Source: Dendrobates tinctorius (Eukaryota). From it: a DNA stretch of 64,000 bases. How positions within the stretch are numbered: the stretch's first letter is position 1; the number at the start of each line of letters is the position of its first letter. Positions 47,545 through 60,400 of this stretch are shown here, one piece after another. The DNA lies in assembly GCF_039654945.1 (NCBI RefSeq), contig NW_027361725.1:8742001-8806000 (forward strand), read 5' to 3'. The notes under the pieces are model-generated. The model was not told where the DNA came from. It made no database searches and saw nothing but the letters and a program-made list of their open reading frames with translations. Position numbers and translations under genes: made by a program.

Positions 47545-47630
47545 GCTCACCATGGCAACCAGCGCAACGCTTTCTCCTCATTGGCTGAGGGCGTGGCTTT
47601 CGCGCCACGTGAATACTTGTCAGCCAATCC
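47545..47630 (+). promoter_or_regulatory. DNAAF2 promoter: RFX X-box-like motif plus CCAAT boxes
   Basis: GCTCACCATGGCAAC 47545-47559 (X-box half-site GGCAAC), ATTGG near 47580, CCAAT near 47624, about 110-200 bp upstream of the ATG. Confidence 0.6.
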
Positions 47631-47739
47631 CCGCCCTGCCTCCGTTCCCCTCTTAAGTCATCAGCCCGTGCCCTGCCGGAGATCTGTTCTTGGCTCATCA
47701 CTGTGCGGCCGTCTCCTAGGTGATCAGTGCACGACTAGA

Positions 47740-49212
47740 ATGGCGGCCAAGCCGGAGGAGCTGAACGTGACCTCGGAGGAGCTGGAGCGGTTTAAGGTCG
47801 CTTTCCAGGACGCCCGTTTCCGGGAGCTTTTCGTTCAGTATGCGGAGGAGCTGAGCGACCCTGAGACCCGGCGCCGCCAGGCGCAGGAGATCCGTGAGAT
47901 GGAGCGGGAGAGAGGGACGGACGTGCAGTTTGTCTATCCCGATGCCGACCATGTGCTGAAGACCAGTGTGGCCGGGCGCCAGACGTGCTACGTGAACGTG
48001 TGCAGTAACGCTTTGGTCCATAAGCCGCACTGTGTGCCTGCGGCTGACAAAGACGGGCGGCTCGGACAGCACTGGATCCTGCCCTGCACCATGACCCTCC
48101 CCCGGGAGGAGAAGGGCCCGGCCGGCTGCAGGGACCTCATCTACGACGTGGTCTTCCACCCGGACACCCTGCGCCTGGCCTCCAGGAGTGAAAAGTTCCG
48201 CTCCATGGTGGACCAGACCGCAGTGAGCACCGTGTCTCAGCAGTTCAATGTGGCCCTGGATGCCACCAACGTCACAACCCTGAGCGAGTATTATATAGGG
48301 ACCCCACAAATTTCCATCCTCCGCAAACCAGTCGCAGGAGCGGCCCCCCAACCACAGGACCCCATTGACCCGCTGCGCTTTCCTTATCCCTATGATGAGA
48401 AGAAAAGGAGCAGGAAGACCACCCGGCCCCTGCCCATTAAGCCTCACCGTGAAAGGCCCACTTCCCTGGAGCCCACTGTCCCACGGTACACCATCCGACA
48501 CCGCTCCTATCCGGACTTGCAGGACTACCGAGACGCCAGGGACTCTGTGCCCAGCCCGGTGCCGAAGGAGCTGGTGATTACCGTGGACCTGCCGCTGCTG
48601 AGCTGCACCGGTGACGTCAACCTTCACATTAAGGACAAAGATCTGACTCTGGAATCCCAGAAACCGGCGGCCTACAAACTTCAGCTGAAACTGCCCTACC
48701 TGGTGGAGGACGAGCGGGGCACGGCCCAATTCAACAAGATCAAGAGGCAGCTGGTGATCACGCTGCCCGTGGTACAGCAAAACCTCCCCAAACTAACGCC
48801 GGCTCATCTGCCAGCCCCCAAAGACGATGACTCCCCCCAGCCCAACGGGACCACTGACTGTGCCGAGATGCCCCCTCTATGTTCCCAACCTCAGGACCAC
48901 CCCGAATGTCCCTTATTTACTTGTTCCCAGGATGCCACCACATTGACTCTCGTCATCCACGTGAAGGATATCGACAAAGACAGCGTCACCTCCGAGGCCA
49001 GCAGTTACCAGTGCGAAATCCGCTTCTGTGTGAAGACGGCGAACTCTCCATACGTTTTATTTGTGTCTTTCCTGCCGCAGTATAACCTGAACACCCACGA
49101 TATCGTAGTCAACGTGTCTGCGGACAACATGGTCATCGAGCTGACCAAATCCTCTGAGTGCTTTGGACCATGGAAGAACCTCTACTTTGGCGTGAACAGC
49201 AATTCTCTACAG
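47740..49212 (+). CDS. DNAAF2: DNAAF2 exon 1
   Basis: MAAKPEELNV...LYFGVNSNSLQ, donor GTGGG. Confidence 0.94.
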
Positions 49213-52200
49213 GTGGGTAGTAAGTTGTATCTGCATTCAGCAGCGTTCACACGTCCATGTTGCATCCGTGTGCTGCCTCACTGTTTTGTTTTTGTTTTTT
49301 GTTTTTTTTGTTCTTTTTATTATTGGACAGCACCCTGCCCCATTAACTAGAATAGATGCATTAAAATCACTTCTCTGAATGAGATCTGTGAGCCCAGGAG
49401 CATGTCCTACTCTTATCCCATCTTGAGGATCAGAATAGGACATGGTCAGTGTGTTGTCCATTTAAAAAGAGTAAAATATTGAGCCGTACACCAACACTAC
49501 ACAAATGAGCACATGTAACCTTAGGCCACATTCACACGTCCCATGTGTCGCTATGCTGCAGGGCTCCTGATCCGAACTCCACAGCCTCATATTCCTATGA
49601 GGCTGTTGAGTTGGAACCTACAACTGTTCTGTGCTACATGGATGTGTGAATGTGGCTCTATAACTGAGTGATGTGTACTGTGGGGTCTGATTACATTATT
49701 GGTTCGTGTTCCGTATTTCTCATGTAATGGGGGTCCAGATGTAAGGACACCACTTATAGGGCCAGAACAATGCATGGTGTCAGTCCACTGCCATAAAGTG
49801 TTCGGTGATGGCTATATTTGTAGTTCCCTAATCTTAAAGGGGTACTCCCATCTCCAAGATCCTATCCCAGTGTATAGTAATAAAATTATTTATTAGCCTT
49901 CAATTTAACTAGAAATGTTTTATAGCTTTTCTAATTTGCTATGTCTCTTTATTCTTGTGCAGGACCTTAGGCATCCATGGTTACGACCGCTAGCAACTAG
50001 CTAACTGTCACTATATTAGTTGTCATAACCATGGATACCTAAGGTCCTGCAATGCCTGCACATGAGTAAATGGACATAGTGAGTCAGGAGAACTATACTA
50101 CATTTCTAATTGGAGGCATTTGTGAATTTTATTATTACGCCAACTACATACATAGGAACTTTGAGATTGGAATACTACTTTAAAGGGAATCTGTCACCCT
50201 TTTTTTGAATATGAGCTGTCGGCACCGACATCAGGAGCTTATCTACAGCATTTTGTAATGCTGTAGATAAGCCCCTGATGTAACCTGAAAGATAAGAAAG
50301 GAAAAAAAAAAAGTTAGATTATACTCACCTGGGGGTCCAGTATATCGGGGGTACATCGATGGACCCCGGGTGAGTATAATCTAACTTTTTTCTTATCTTT
50401 CAGGTTACATCAGTGGCTTATCATTACAAAATGCTGTAGATAAGCTCCTGATGTCGGTGCCGACAGCTCGTATTCAAAAAAAAGGGTGACAGATTCCCTT
50501 TAAGAACAGAGTTGGTCCAGGGAATACTTGGAGTTGTAGTTTCAAAGTATGCAGTGGTACAGGATGCCAAGTTGGATCTATATCAGTGTTTCAAAAGCTT
50601 TGGTCCTTACAGCCCCCCACCACCTCTGTTCTTAAAGGAACCCCTCGCTGCACTGTGCACAGCAAAGGGTGATCAACTGTACCGAGAAGGAGTAACTAAG
50701 CAGGTTTGCTTAGAAAATACCGTCCCATTGTTTATCTGGTAAACAAGTGTGTTGGTTTGGCCCAGTCATTTACCAGTGTTAAAATCCCTATACCTGAGAG
50801 GGTTAATGGCTAATTTCAGAATTGTATGGAAAATGTTATGACTTTTTTTTTTTTTTTTTTTTCAATTTTATAGGAGAGAAAGTTTATCAATGAAGAGAAC
50901 GTGTCTGAGTTCTTAGACAATGGTTCACGCCCGTCTACTATTCCGTGGTCGACCACAGTGGATCCGCCGCTGATTGACGTCATGGAAATGACTGACAAAA
51001 GAGCCCACATTCGGCTGAACGTGAGTCCTGACCTAAATGTTTATTGTTGTTCACCACTTTTCCATTGAACCTATATCATTGTTTTGTTACCGGTGTTCCC
51101 CCCCCCCCCCCCCCCTGCTGTTAACTGTCGTTGGCTGCCGGCGGGAACTCTCTTGAGGAGCTGATCCATCTTCTGGTAGTGACCAATGCAATGCAAATCA
51201 ATAGTGGGTGGATGTGTAGTACCCTGCGGTGGCCACTATCAGAAGATGGCCAGCTCTGAAAGTGACTATTTCCAGACATCTGATCGGCGGGTGTGCTGTC
51301 TGACATTGCTGATCAGACATTGATGACTTATTCGACGGATGGGTAATCAGTAGTGATGAGCGAGTATACTCATTGCTTGGGTTTTCCCGAGCATGCTCTG
51401 GTGATCGCTGAGTATTTTGGCGTGCTCAGAGATTTAGTTTTCGTCATCTCCGCTGCATGATTTGCGACTGCTAGACAGCTTGAACACGTCTGTTAGGGAA
51501 TTCCCACATGTATTCAGCCTGTCTACAAGTCGCAAATCATGCAGCTGAGACGACGAAAACTAAATCTCTGAGCACGCCAAAATACTCTGAGGTCACCCGG
51601 GCATGCTTCGGGAAAACCCGAGCAATGAGTATACTCGCTCATCACTAGTAATCAGTGTAAAAGTAGTGGATGGTCTGTGTGTCTGTGTCATCTGATGCAA
51701 TATAGCTACATGTCCCTTGTAGGCCCAGACAACTTAATGGGTTAGTTCGTTCCCCTGCAGCCTAAAACCAGTCAATAATTCAAAAGCTGCAGGACTATCA
51801 CATAATACATGTGCCATATCTTATAGTTGATTTAGTCCAGACTCCATTTAGAGGAATGAGGAATCAGTATCAGAGTGGTGGTCGGCCGCATCCCCACCCC
51901 CCCACCTCCAATCAGCTGCTACCAGGTCCCATGGCAGCCTGGTGTAGTCACTGAACACAGCTTACCCTTGAATAGAGCTGTTGGCAGCTGATCTGTGCGG
52001 GTGACGTGTCCGGCCCCCACAAATCTGGTATTGATGACCTATGCTAAAGACAAGACACTTAATATTGTGTGATCGGAAAATCACCCTTTAATATGGCTGC
52101 TGACTTTCTTGATGCCAATTTTTGTACAAAAAAAGGAAGGAATTATTTCACAAATACATTTTTGATTAATGGTGTTTGACTGCTGGGACCACCATTGATG

Positions 52201-54644
52201 GCAAGGACAGGTGCCCATATGAATGGAGTGCAAGTGGACATGCACCAACCTTCCCATTTTTGTCTGTGGGCATTCATGCACATGTGTAACTACTGCTCCT
52301 CTGGACAGTGAATGAAGCTAGGATCATGCATATGCACTAACTGCATTCACTTAGAGGACATGATACCACCCGGACTCCTATGTGTATTAGGATCCCCACT
52401 GATCACATTATCACCTGTCCTGTGGACAGATGATGAATTTATTGGGGGTTATCCAGTCTGTATAGTCTTTCCTTTTTTACATAAGTGATCACACTGCGTC
52501 TAACTTTCGGGACCTGTTTGCACCAGATGTCGCTGCATACTTTGATACATGGTCTTTATATACGTTTTTTTACGTCTTGCTCATTATTTAAAGAGACTGC
52601 CTCACAAACATTGAGCTGTTCCCAATTTCAGCTGGTGCCCGACCTGCAATGACAGCAGAGGCCTTGGTTCTCTGTATGGAGCCGCAGCCACCTCTCCTGC
52701 ATGTCGGGCACCAGCTGGATCAGTGGACCCTCGATCCGGAGCCTCTTCTTGTTTTGTTATCTTATCAAATGGAAAAAAATTGCAAAGAGGTCCTTTTTTG
52801 TTCTATAGTTCGTGGCTCATTCCCAACGTTACCGACCACCTCTGCAGTATATAAGAGATTACTGGATTCCTAGGTAAGTAGTGAGCACTTGCAAAGTCTG
52901 CGATATTGTTTTCTGGTTGGTTCCTGCAGCCTCCTCATGGAGACCTGCAAATCCATTACCCTAGAAAACCTGTTGCAGACATATGCCACTTGTGAACATG
53001 GTTTTTATATTAATTGATTTTTCCAACCATCCTCTCATTGTAATGTATTACAATAAGGGGAAGATTAGAAATCCTCTGATGTAAAAACCATAATAAAATA
53101 AACAATTTTTTTTTCTTGCTGGGGGGGGGGGGGGGGGGTGTAATAAGCTAATTGGAAACAGTCAGCCAGGCTGTAGACCAGCACCCACTAACCGTTTAGG
53201 AGTCTGATTTCTGAGAACAAGCGTGTTCTTCAGAAAAGTCCCCCACCTTGTTATATGGGCTAAACTGTTAGTGATTATGGCCTTGCCGGACTGTTTTCAA
53301 TTTGTGTATGGGTATGTGCACACAGTGCGGATTTTTCCTGCGCGGTTTTGGCTATATCCGCAGGTCAAATAACCTTCATTTTACCTGCGGATTTCCCCTG
53401 CATTTTGACACCTGCAGATTCCTATAATGGAGCAGGTGTAAAACGCTGTGGAATCTGCACGAAGAATTGACATGCTGCGTAAATGAACGTTTGTGCATAA
53501 ATGTGTTTATGCGGCGGATTTTTCCGCAGCATGTGCACGGCGTTTTCCATGTTAGATTGACTTTAATGGTACTGTACACTGCAGCAGAATCTACTTCGGA
53601 TCCGCAGTAGAATCCTCAACGTTTGCACAGACCCTATCTGTTGCTACATCTAAAAAACTGGAACAGATTTTGATTGTTTTTATGTTAAAAGGGGTTGTCC
53701 ACTCAAAACCAGCAAGTCTGCAGTCAGTCTGTGTGACTGCAGACTCCTGAATTCCCCCCCCCCCCCCCCAGCACACTGGCTATGGTGATTTGCTTTTTTT
53801 CACACCTGTGACCAAAGGTTTTGTATGAGTTATACATACCCCTGGCCAGTGGGTGCAGCCTCCCTCCATACACTTGTATGGAGCAAAGCCGTACCATCTA
53901 GTCAGCCATGCCCACTGTCGGGGTGCAGCCTTGGCTTCATACAAGTGTATTGAGTGAAGCTGCACCCATTGCCTGGGGGTATGTATAACTCCTAGAAAAC
54001 CTTTGGTCCCGGCTCTGAACCCGGCGAATCTCTGTAGCGTGCACTGGGGAGAATTCATGAGTCTGCAATCACAGTGACTGCAGACTTACTGGTTTTGAGC
54101 GGACAACCCCTCTAATGCGTTTTCTAACCTTCCCCTTGTTGTACTGTAACTGGATGAGGACCAAATTGGTGAATATTTCATGACTTTTCTGTTTCATCTG
54201 CAGAAACCAGAACTGGAGGAGGAATGTTTATTGACCGATGGAGATCAATCATCAGGTCTGAGCGGGGTGACAAACCTGGGGAGCAGCCACTCTGATAACG
54301 CAGACCAATCCAATACTGATGAAACCGCAGAGGAAAAATGTCAAAGTCCACACCCGGCCATAGACTGCCCTATCTCACCCGCTGCACAGCCTCCCATCCG
54401 AATACCGGGCACCGATCACTCTGCTGAGGATAATGAGGATCTCTGCGCACCGGCCAAAGAACTTGATGAAGATGATCTGCCGGATGGTGCAGAACTTGTG
54501 CAAAATCCTACACCCAACCCTTCCAGTACAGAGCATGTCCTAAAGGACGTCTCCTCCTCTGACAGCTCTTCCCTCATCCCCTCCGACCACAGAACACAAT
54601 GTGCCTTTAAGTTCGACAACACCTTGTTGTTTGATCTAGACTGA
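47740..54644 (+). CDS. DNAAF2: Dynein axonemal assembly factor 2 (kintoun/PF13), 3 exons, 686 aa
   Basis: join(47740-49212, 50874-51020, 54204-54644); PIH1 domain (FRELFVQYAEEL...YDVVFHPDTL), CS domain (PKELVITVDLPLL...AQFNKIKRQLVITLPV), C-terminal F.N.LLFDLD; syntenic with POLE2. Confidence 0.95.
49838..50179. mobile_element. T2-like palindromic MITE
   Basis: TTAA|AGGGGTACTCCCATCTC ... GAGATTGGAATACTACT|TTAA. Confidence 0.75.
50184..50499. mobile_element. T2-like palindromic MITE
   Basis: TTAA|AGGGAATCTGTCACCC ... GGGTGACAGATTCCCT|TTAA, near-perfect arms. Confidence 0.9.
50874..51020 (+). CDS. DNAAF2: DNAAF2 exon 2
   Basis: poly-T tract and AG, ERKFINEENVSEFLDNGSRPSTIPWSTTVDPPLIDVMEMTDKRAHIRLN, donor GTGAG. 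Confidence 0.9.
51351..51647. mobile_element. hAT-type palindromic MITE
   Basis: TAGTGATGAGCGAGTATACTC ... GAGTATACTCGCTCATCACTA, 8-bp TSD GTAATCAG. Confidence 0.9.
53690..54111. mobile_element. T2-like palindromic MITE
   Basis: AGGGGTTGTCCACTCAAAACCAG ... CTGGTTTTGAGCGGACAACCCCT. Confidence 0.8.
54204..54644 (+). CDS. DNAAF2: DNAAF2 exon 3
   Basis: ctgcAG|KPELEEE...TQCAFKFDNTLLFDLD*. Confidence 0.9.
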   Translation, partial: KPELEEECLLTDGDQSSGLSGVTNLGSSHSDNADQSNTDETAEEKCQSPHPAIDCPISPAAQPPIRIPGTDHSAEDNEDLCAPAKELDEDDLPDGAELVQNPTPNPSSTEHVLKDVSSSDSSSLIPSDHRTQCAFKFDNTLLFDLD

Positions 54645-57275
54645 TTATTACGGGCAGATATGGTTGGGGGGCAGTGTTCAACTACATCACTATTTAGAGG
54701 TTGCGTTTTTTTTTGTTTTTTTTTCTACATTTTTCTCTTCTGTGTTACATTTGTGTCTCCTCAAACTTGGCAGACATGTGCCGGTACTGAGCATGGATTG
54801 GTTTGCTGGGCTCTCCTGATATGCGAGAAGATGGTGTGTGTGTGTGTGTATATAGGGGATGTGGATTCTCAGCCTCTTGTGGTATTTTCTGATCTGTGTT
54901 ACTGCTGCAATACCCAACCTGAACTAACTGCCTGATAGTCATAAGATATGATGTGTGATGCCGTTAGTTCGTTCAGGTTAGGTGACCTGCGCCTGTAACA
55001 TAGAACTGAAAACACTGAATAAGGCCATACCCAGGAGAGTCCATGTTATGGCCTGACAGTATCAAATTGGTGCTCTGAGTTGTGTCCCTTGTATTTTTTT
55101 GGGGGGGGGGGGGAAGTGAGCACCTGGATCCTCTTGAGTTCTGTCTTCTCATATTTTTGGATCATGCACATTCCCTTAGGGCGATACTGATGTGTTCTGC
55201 CTAGCGCAGGGCGAAACATAGCACACGGATTCGGTCGATGGTGTACATTGATATCTATGCCACGCACCGTCCGCTGCGCTGGGCCGAACATGATCAGTTT
55301 GGCCCGGAGTCTTCCTAACATGTCTAATTTAGTAGCTCTATTCCCACTGTGAAATATTTCCAGGGCTTCTTCTAACTTTGCATTGTGTAGTTCCTCTGTT
55401 AGACCGCCTAGAAGTCTATGATCATCTTGTCAATGATGTTGGGGTGCATCCAATTGTAAAGGATTTGTTTGTTTTTTTTTTAACACCCAGTTAGTGTATT
55501 TATTCATTTCCTGCAGGAATAATAGAGGAACGTAACAATGCAGGGTTATAATAATACAGTTTACTGGAATGGACAATGTCTTCTCTAAAAGGGGTTGTGC
55601 AAGATAACAAAAACATGGCTGCCATCTTCTGAAAAATGGCACCACACCTGTCTGCGGGTTGTCAGCGGTATCTGAGCGCATTCCTATTTTCTTTAGTGGC
55701 GCTGATCTGCAATCCTACACACAACCTGTGGACAGGGGTGGTACTGTGTATAAGCAAAACCAGTCAGGTTTTTGTACTGGTGAACAACTCCTTTAAAGAG
55801 ACTTCATCCCTCATTGCTGACAACCCCACTTGGACCTGCGCGTTGTTTGCTTCTTCAAGAAGATGATTGTGCCTTAATGATAAGTTATTGTGTGCCAAAG
55901 AGATAATGATTTCCTGAGTTTGCGAGCCCGTTTACAAATGTATTTTGTTTTGGTCTTTGTCTCTGCTGTATATTTCTTTGCCAAAACTGTGAACGGATCT
56001 CGGTGAAACAAGTAGAAAATTGCTGCTGGAACCTGGCAACGGCTGAATATTCGGCAGTTACTGGGCCAAAAATCCGACTAATCAAATTGTTAGAAGAATT
56101 CACTGTTTTTGTGTTGCAGATAAAATTTAAAAACCAAAGTCCTGTGTGAAGTCATTTTTCGACCATGTTGACGAGTCTTTAGGTATTGGCTCGCTGCAAT
56201 ACGTCTAACTCTCAGGACCACCAGTCCTTCACACTCGTCATGACATTGGCTGCAAAACTACAACTCCCACAGTGTGATGTCCGCTTTATCAGACCGGTCA
56301 TTCTGGGAGTTGTAGTCTTGCGATAGCTACAAGTTGACTAATGCTTTATTTTATATTGAATCGTATTATCAAAAGTCTGAAATGTGTGTTCAGTTGGTTC
56401 TTAAACCATCAGTCATAGTCCTGCATTCCCTCTGGTATTGTAGGACAATGTCTGTCTGGTTTTATGGAAATCTGTCACCAGGCTTCACATTAGAAACAAT
56501 GTACATTAGAGAAGTCACTTAGACCTGATGAGGCTGGAGTACTTGCTTTACAAGCTGTCAGATTGGTATTGGAAACAAAAAGCCAAAGGGTTAGGCTTGT
56601 AGCAGGTAATGGCCCCTCAAGCAATACATCAGATGTGCATCACTAACCCCTAGATGAGCTATACACATTTTTGAGGATGAAACATGGGGTGCAACTGCAA
56701 TGGTTAATTTATCACACAACGGTGTCACCACTAATCAACACAGGGTAATGAGTCCCCAAAATATATATTACTGTCCAACGGTAGGAAGGCCACAAACTCT
56801 GATGAAAGACTGAGTTCTTTAGAGCATAACAGGACCAGACAGCAAAGTTTTAAGGTTTAATATAAAAAAAAAAATATAGAATATGTAGAAGAAAAAAGTA
56901 TGAAAAGAGAAATGAAGTGGCTCACAAATATGCAAACTGTTATAACATAAATGGGGAGAAAAAAAAGCCTAAATGTTTCCATTGAGAGTTAGACTTCTGT
57001 TTACTTGAGGGAAGGAGAAGGGGGTTTATGGATCAAATCCAGCTCCTGCTGACTCCCACATGCCACTCCTTTCTATTGTGTAACCCATCTAGTATGAAAT
57101 TGCAGGTCTGTAACTGGACCATGGACCAATTTGGGGTGAGCACCTAGCATATTAAATAACTTATTTCTTCCAACCATCCTACTCCTAATAGGTGGATGTC
57201 CAGCCTGGCCTCAAAGGGCCATCTGCTCAAGCTTTGATGCTCAGACTCACCAGGCTGAGGTGTCATGAGTTCCTG

Positions 57276-57307
<32 letters not shown>

Positions 57308-57423
57308 TCTGTGTAGTGTCAGTCATCTTAATGGCAAACTTAGGCTATTATTGTTTTTCTGATGTTATAATTTCCCTTACATGAGCATTTTCTCTTTAAC
57401 CTAACCAGTCTGGAAACATTTAA

Positions 57424-60400
57424 CCCCTTCCTGACATCCGACGTACTATCCCGTCCATGGGACCCGGGCCCCTATGCCCATGGACGGGATAGTACGTCTA
57501 CCGCGATCAGCGGCGCCCACGTGGTGAGCGCCGCTGATCGCGGCTGGGTGTCAGCTGATTATCACAGCTGACACCCGGCACAATGTCGGGCGGTCACGGA
57601 CCACCCCCGACACGTTAACCCCTTGCACACCGCGATCAAACATGATCGCGGTGTACCGGGAGTTAAAGGGAAGCATCGGCAGGGAGGGGGCTCCCTCCTT
57701 GCTTCCCTGAGCCCCCCCACGGCAGCGCAATGTGCAGCGCTGCTGCAGGGGACTCCTTTCCTCCAGGCCCCCGAATCCAAGATGGCGATGGGGGCCTTCA
57801 GGGGCCTACAGGAAGCTGGCTTCCTCAGTGCCTGCAAAGCGCAGGCAAGAGGAAGTCTTCAATGCCTGTGACAGATTGCTGATCTGTCACCGTGATCTGT
57901 GATGTGACAGATCAGCAATCTGTCACAGGACAGTGATGTCCCACCTGGGACTATGTAATAAAGTTAAAAAAAAAAAAAAAAAAAATTTTAAAACGCCAAA
58001 TAAATTAGTAAAAAAAAAAATATTCCCCAATAAATTCATTTTTTGAAAATAAAAAAAACAAAACAAAGTACACATATTAGGTATCGCCGCGTCCGTAACG
58101 ACCCCGCCCTATAAAACTGTCCCATTAGTTAACCCCTTTAGCGAACCCCTTAAAAAATAAAAAACGAAGCAAAAAATAATGATTTATTATCATACCGCCA
58201 AACAAAGTGTAATAATGCGCGATCAAAAAGACGCATAAAAATATCCATGGTACCGCTGAAAACGTCATCTTGTCCCGCAAAAAAACGAGCCGCCACACAG
58301 CATCAGCGAAAAAATAAAGTTATAGCTCGCAGAATAAAGCGATGCAAAAATAATAATTTTTTATATAAAATAGTATTCATTGCATAAAACCGACAAAACA
58401 TAAAAAAAGACAAATGAGGTATCGCTGTAACCGTACTGACCCAAAGAATAAAACCGCTTTATCAATTTTACCGCACGCGGAACGGTGTAAACGCACTCCC
58501 CCGAAAGAAATTCATGAAACGCTGGTTTTTGTTCATTCTGCGTCCCAAAAATCGGAATAAAAAGCGATCAAAAAATGTCACGTGCCCGAAAATGGTACCA
58601 ATAAAAACGTCAACTCGTCCCGCAAAAAATAAGACCTCACATGACTCGGTGGGTCAAAATACGGAAAAATTATAGCTCTCAAAATGTGGTGATGCAAAAA
58701 CTATTTTTACAATAAAAAGCGTCTTTTAGCGTGCGACAGCTGCCAAATGTAAAAACCACCATAAATAGTAAATCAAACCCCCGTTATCACCCCCTTAGTT
58801 AGGGGAAAAATAATAAAATTAAAAAAATGTATTTATTTCCATTTTTCCGTTAGGGTTAGGGGTGTGTTGGGGTTCGGGTTGGAGTTATAATTGGGGGTTT
58901 CCACTGTTTGGGCACATCAGGGGCTCTCCAAATGCAACATTGCGTCTGATCTCAATTCCAGCCAATTCTGAGTTGAAAAAGTCATATGGTGCTCCTTCCC
59001 TTCCAAGCTCTGCCATGCGCCCAAACAGTGTTTTACCCCCACATGTAGGGTATCAGCCTACTCAGGACAAATTGCAAAACAATTTTTGGGGTCCAATTTC
59101 TCCTGTTACCCTTAGGAAAATAAAAAATTGGGGGCAAAAATATCATTTTTGTGGAAAAAAATGATTTTTTTTTTTCACGTCCGAGCGTTATAAACTTCTG
59201 TGAAGCACTTGGGGGTTCAAAGTGCTCACCACACATCTAGATAAGTTCCGTGGGGGTCTCGTTTCCAAAATGGGGTCACTTGTGGGGAGTTTCAATAGTT
59301 TAGGTACATCTGGGGCTCTCCAAACGCACATGACACCCGCAGACCATTTCATCAAAGTCTGCATTCCAAAATGGCACTTCTTCCCTTCCGAGCCCCGACG
59401 TGTGTCCATACAGTAGTTTTCTCCCACATATGGGGTGTCAGCGTACTCAGGACAAATTGGACAACTTTTGGGGTCCAATTTCTCCTGTTACCCTTGGGAA
59501 AATAAAAAAATTGGGGAATAATTGATCATGTTTGTGGAAAAAATACGATTTTTTTATTTTCATGCCCTGGCATTATAAACTTCTGTGAAGCCCTTGGGGG
59601 TTCAAAGTGCTCACCTCACATCTAGATAAGTTCCTTAGGGGGTCTAGTTTTCAAAATGGGGTCGTTTGTGGGGGGTTTGCACTGTTTAGGCACATTAGGG
59701 GCTCTCCAAAGGCAACATGACACCCGCAGACCATTCCATCAATGTCTGCATTCCAAAACGTCACTACTTCCCTTCTGATCCCCGACGTGTGCCCATACAG
59801 TAGTTTTCTCTCACATATGGGGTATCAGCATACTCAGGACAAATTGGACAACAACTTTTGGGGTTCAATTTCTCCTGTTACCCTTGGGAAAATAAAAAAA
59901 AGGTGACTAAAAGATCATGTTTGTGGAAAAAATACGAATTTTTTATTTTCACGCCCGGGCGTTATAAACTTCTGTGAAGCACTGGGGGGTTCAAAGTGCT
60001 CACCACACATCTAGATAAGTTCCTTAGGGGGTCTAGTTTCCAAAATGGTGTCATTTGTGGGGGGTTTCCACTGTTTTGGTACATCAGGGGTTTTGCAATC
60101 GCGACATGATGTCCGATCTCAATTCCAGCCAAAAACGTCAAATGGCGCTGCTTCCCTTCCGAGGTGTGCCATGCGCCCAAATAGTGGTTTACCCCCACAT
60201 GTGGGGTATCAGCATACTCAGGACAAATTGCACAATAACTTTTAGGGTCCTGTTACCCTTGGGAAAATAAAAATTGGGGTGAAAAGATCATTTTTGTGGA
60301 AAAAATATGATTTTTTTAATTGTACCGCTGTACGTTATAAACTTCTGTAAAGCCCTTGTGGGTTCAAAGTTCTCACCACATATCTAGATAAGTTCCTTGG

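Noticed and set aside
47046-47588. 180-aa ORF upstream of DNAAF2
   Set aside because: No recognisable homology or splice support; runs through promoter sequence.
47581-47739. N-terminal extension of DNAAF2 in the ORF track
   Set aside because: Starts at TTG within promoter motifs; the first in-frame ATG (47740) has good Kozak context and matches where homology begins.
47716-48780. 354-aa antisense ORF over DNAAF2 exon 1
   Set aside because: Shadow ORF expected from GC3-rich codons; no recognisable domain.
49213-49350. C-terminal tail of the 589-aa ORF
   Set aside because: Read-through into intron 1 past the CAG|GTGGG donor.
56250-56320. ZNF143-like ACTACAACTCCC motifs as a promoter
   Set aside because: They occur as an inverted pair typical of a small MITE remnant, with no adjacent gene start.
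56521-56830. Other CTGATGA motifs (near 56525 and 56799, also 42861) as hammerheads
   Set aside because: No stem II-GAAA-stem III arrangement follows them.
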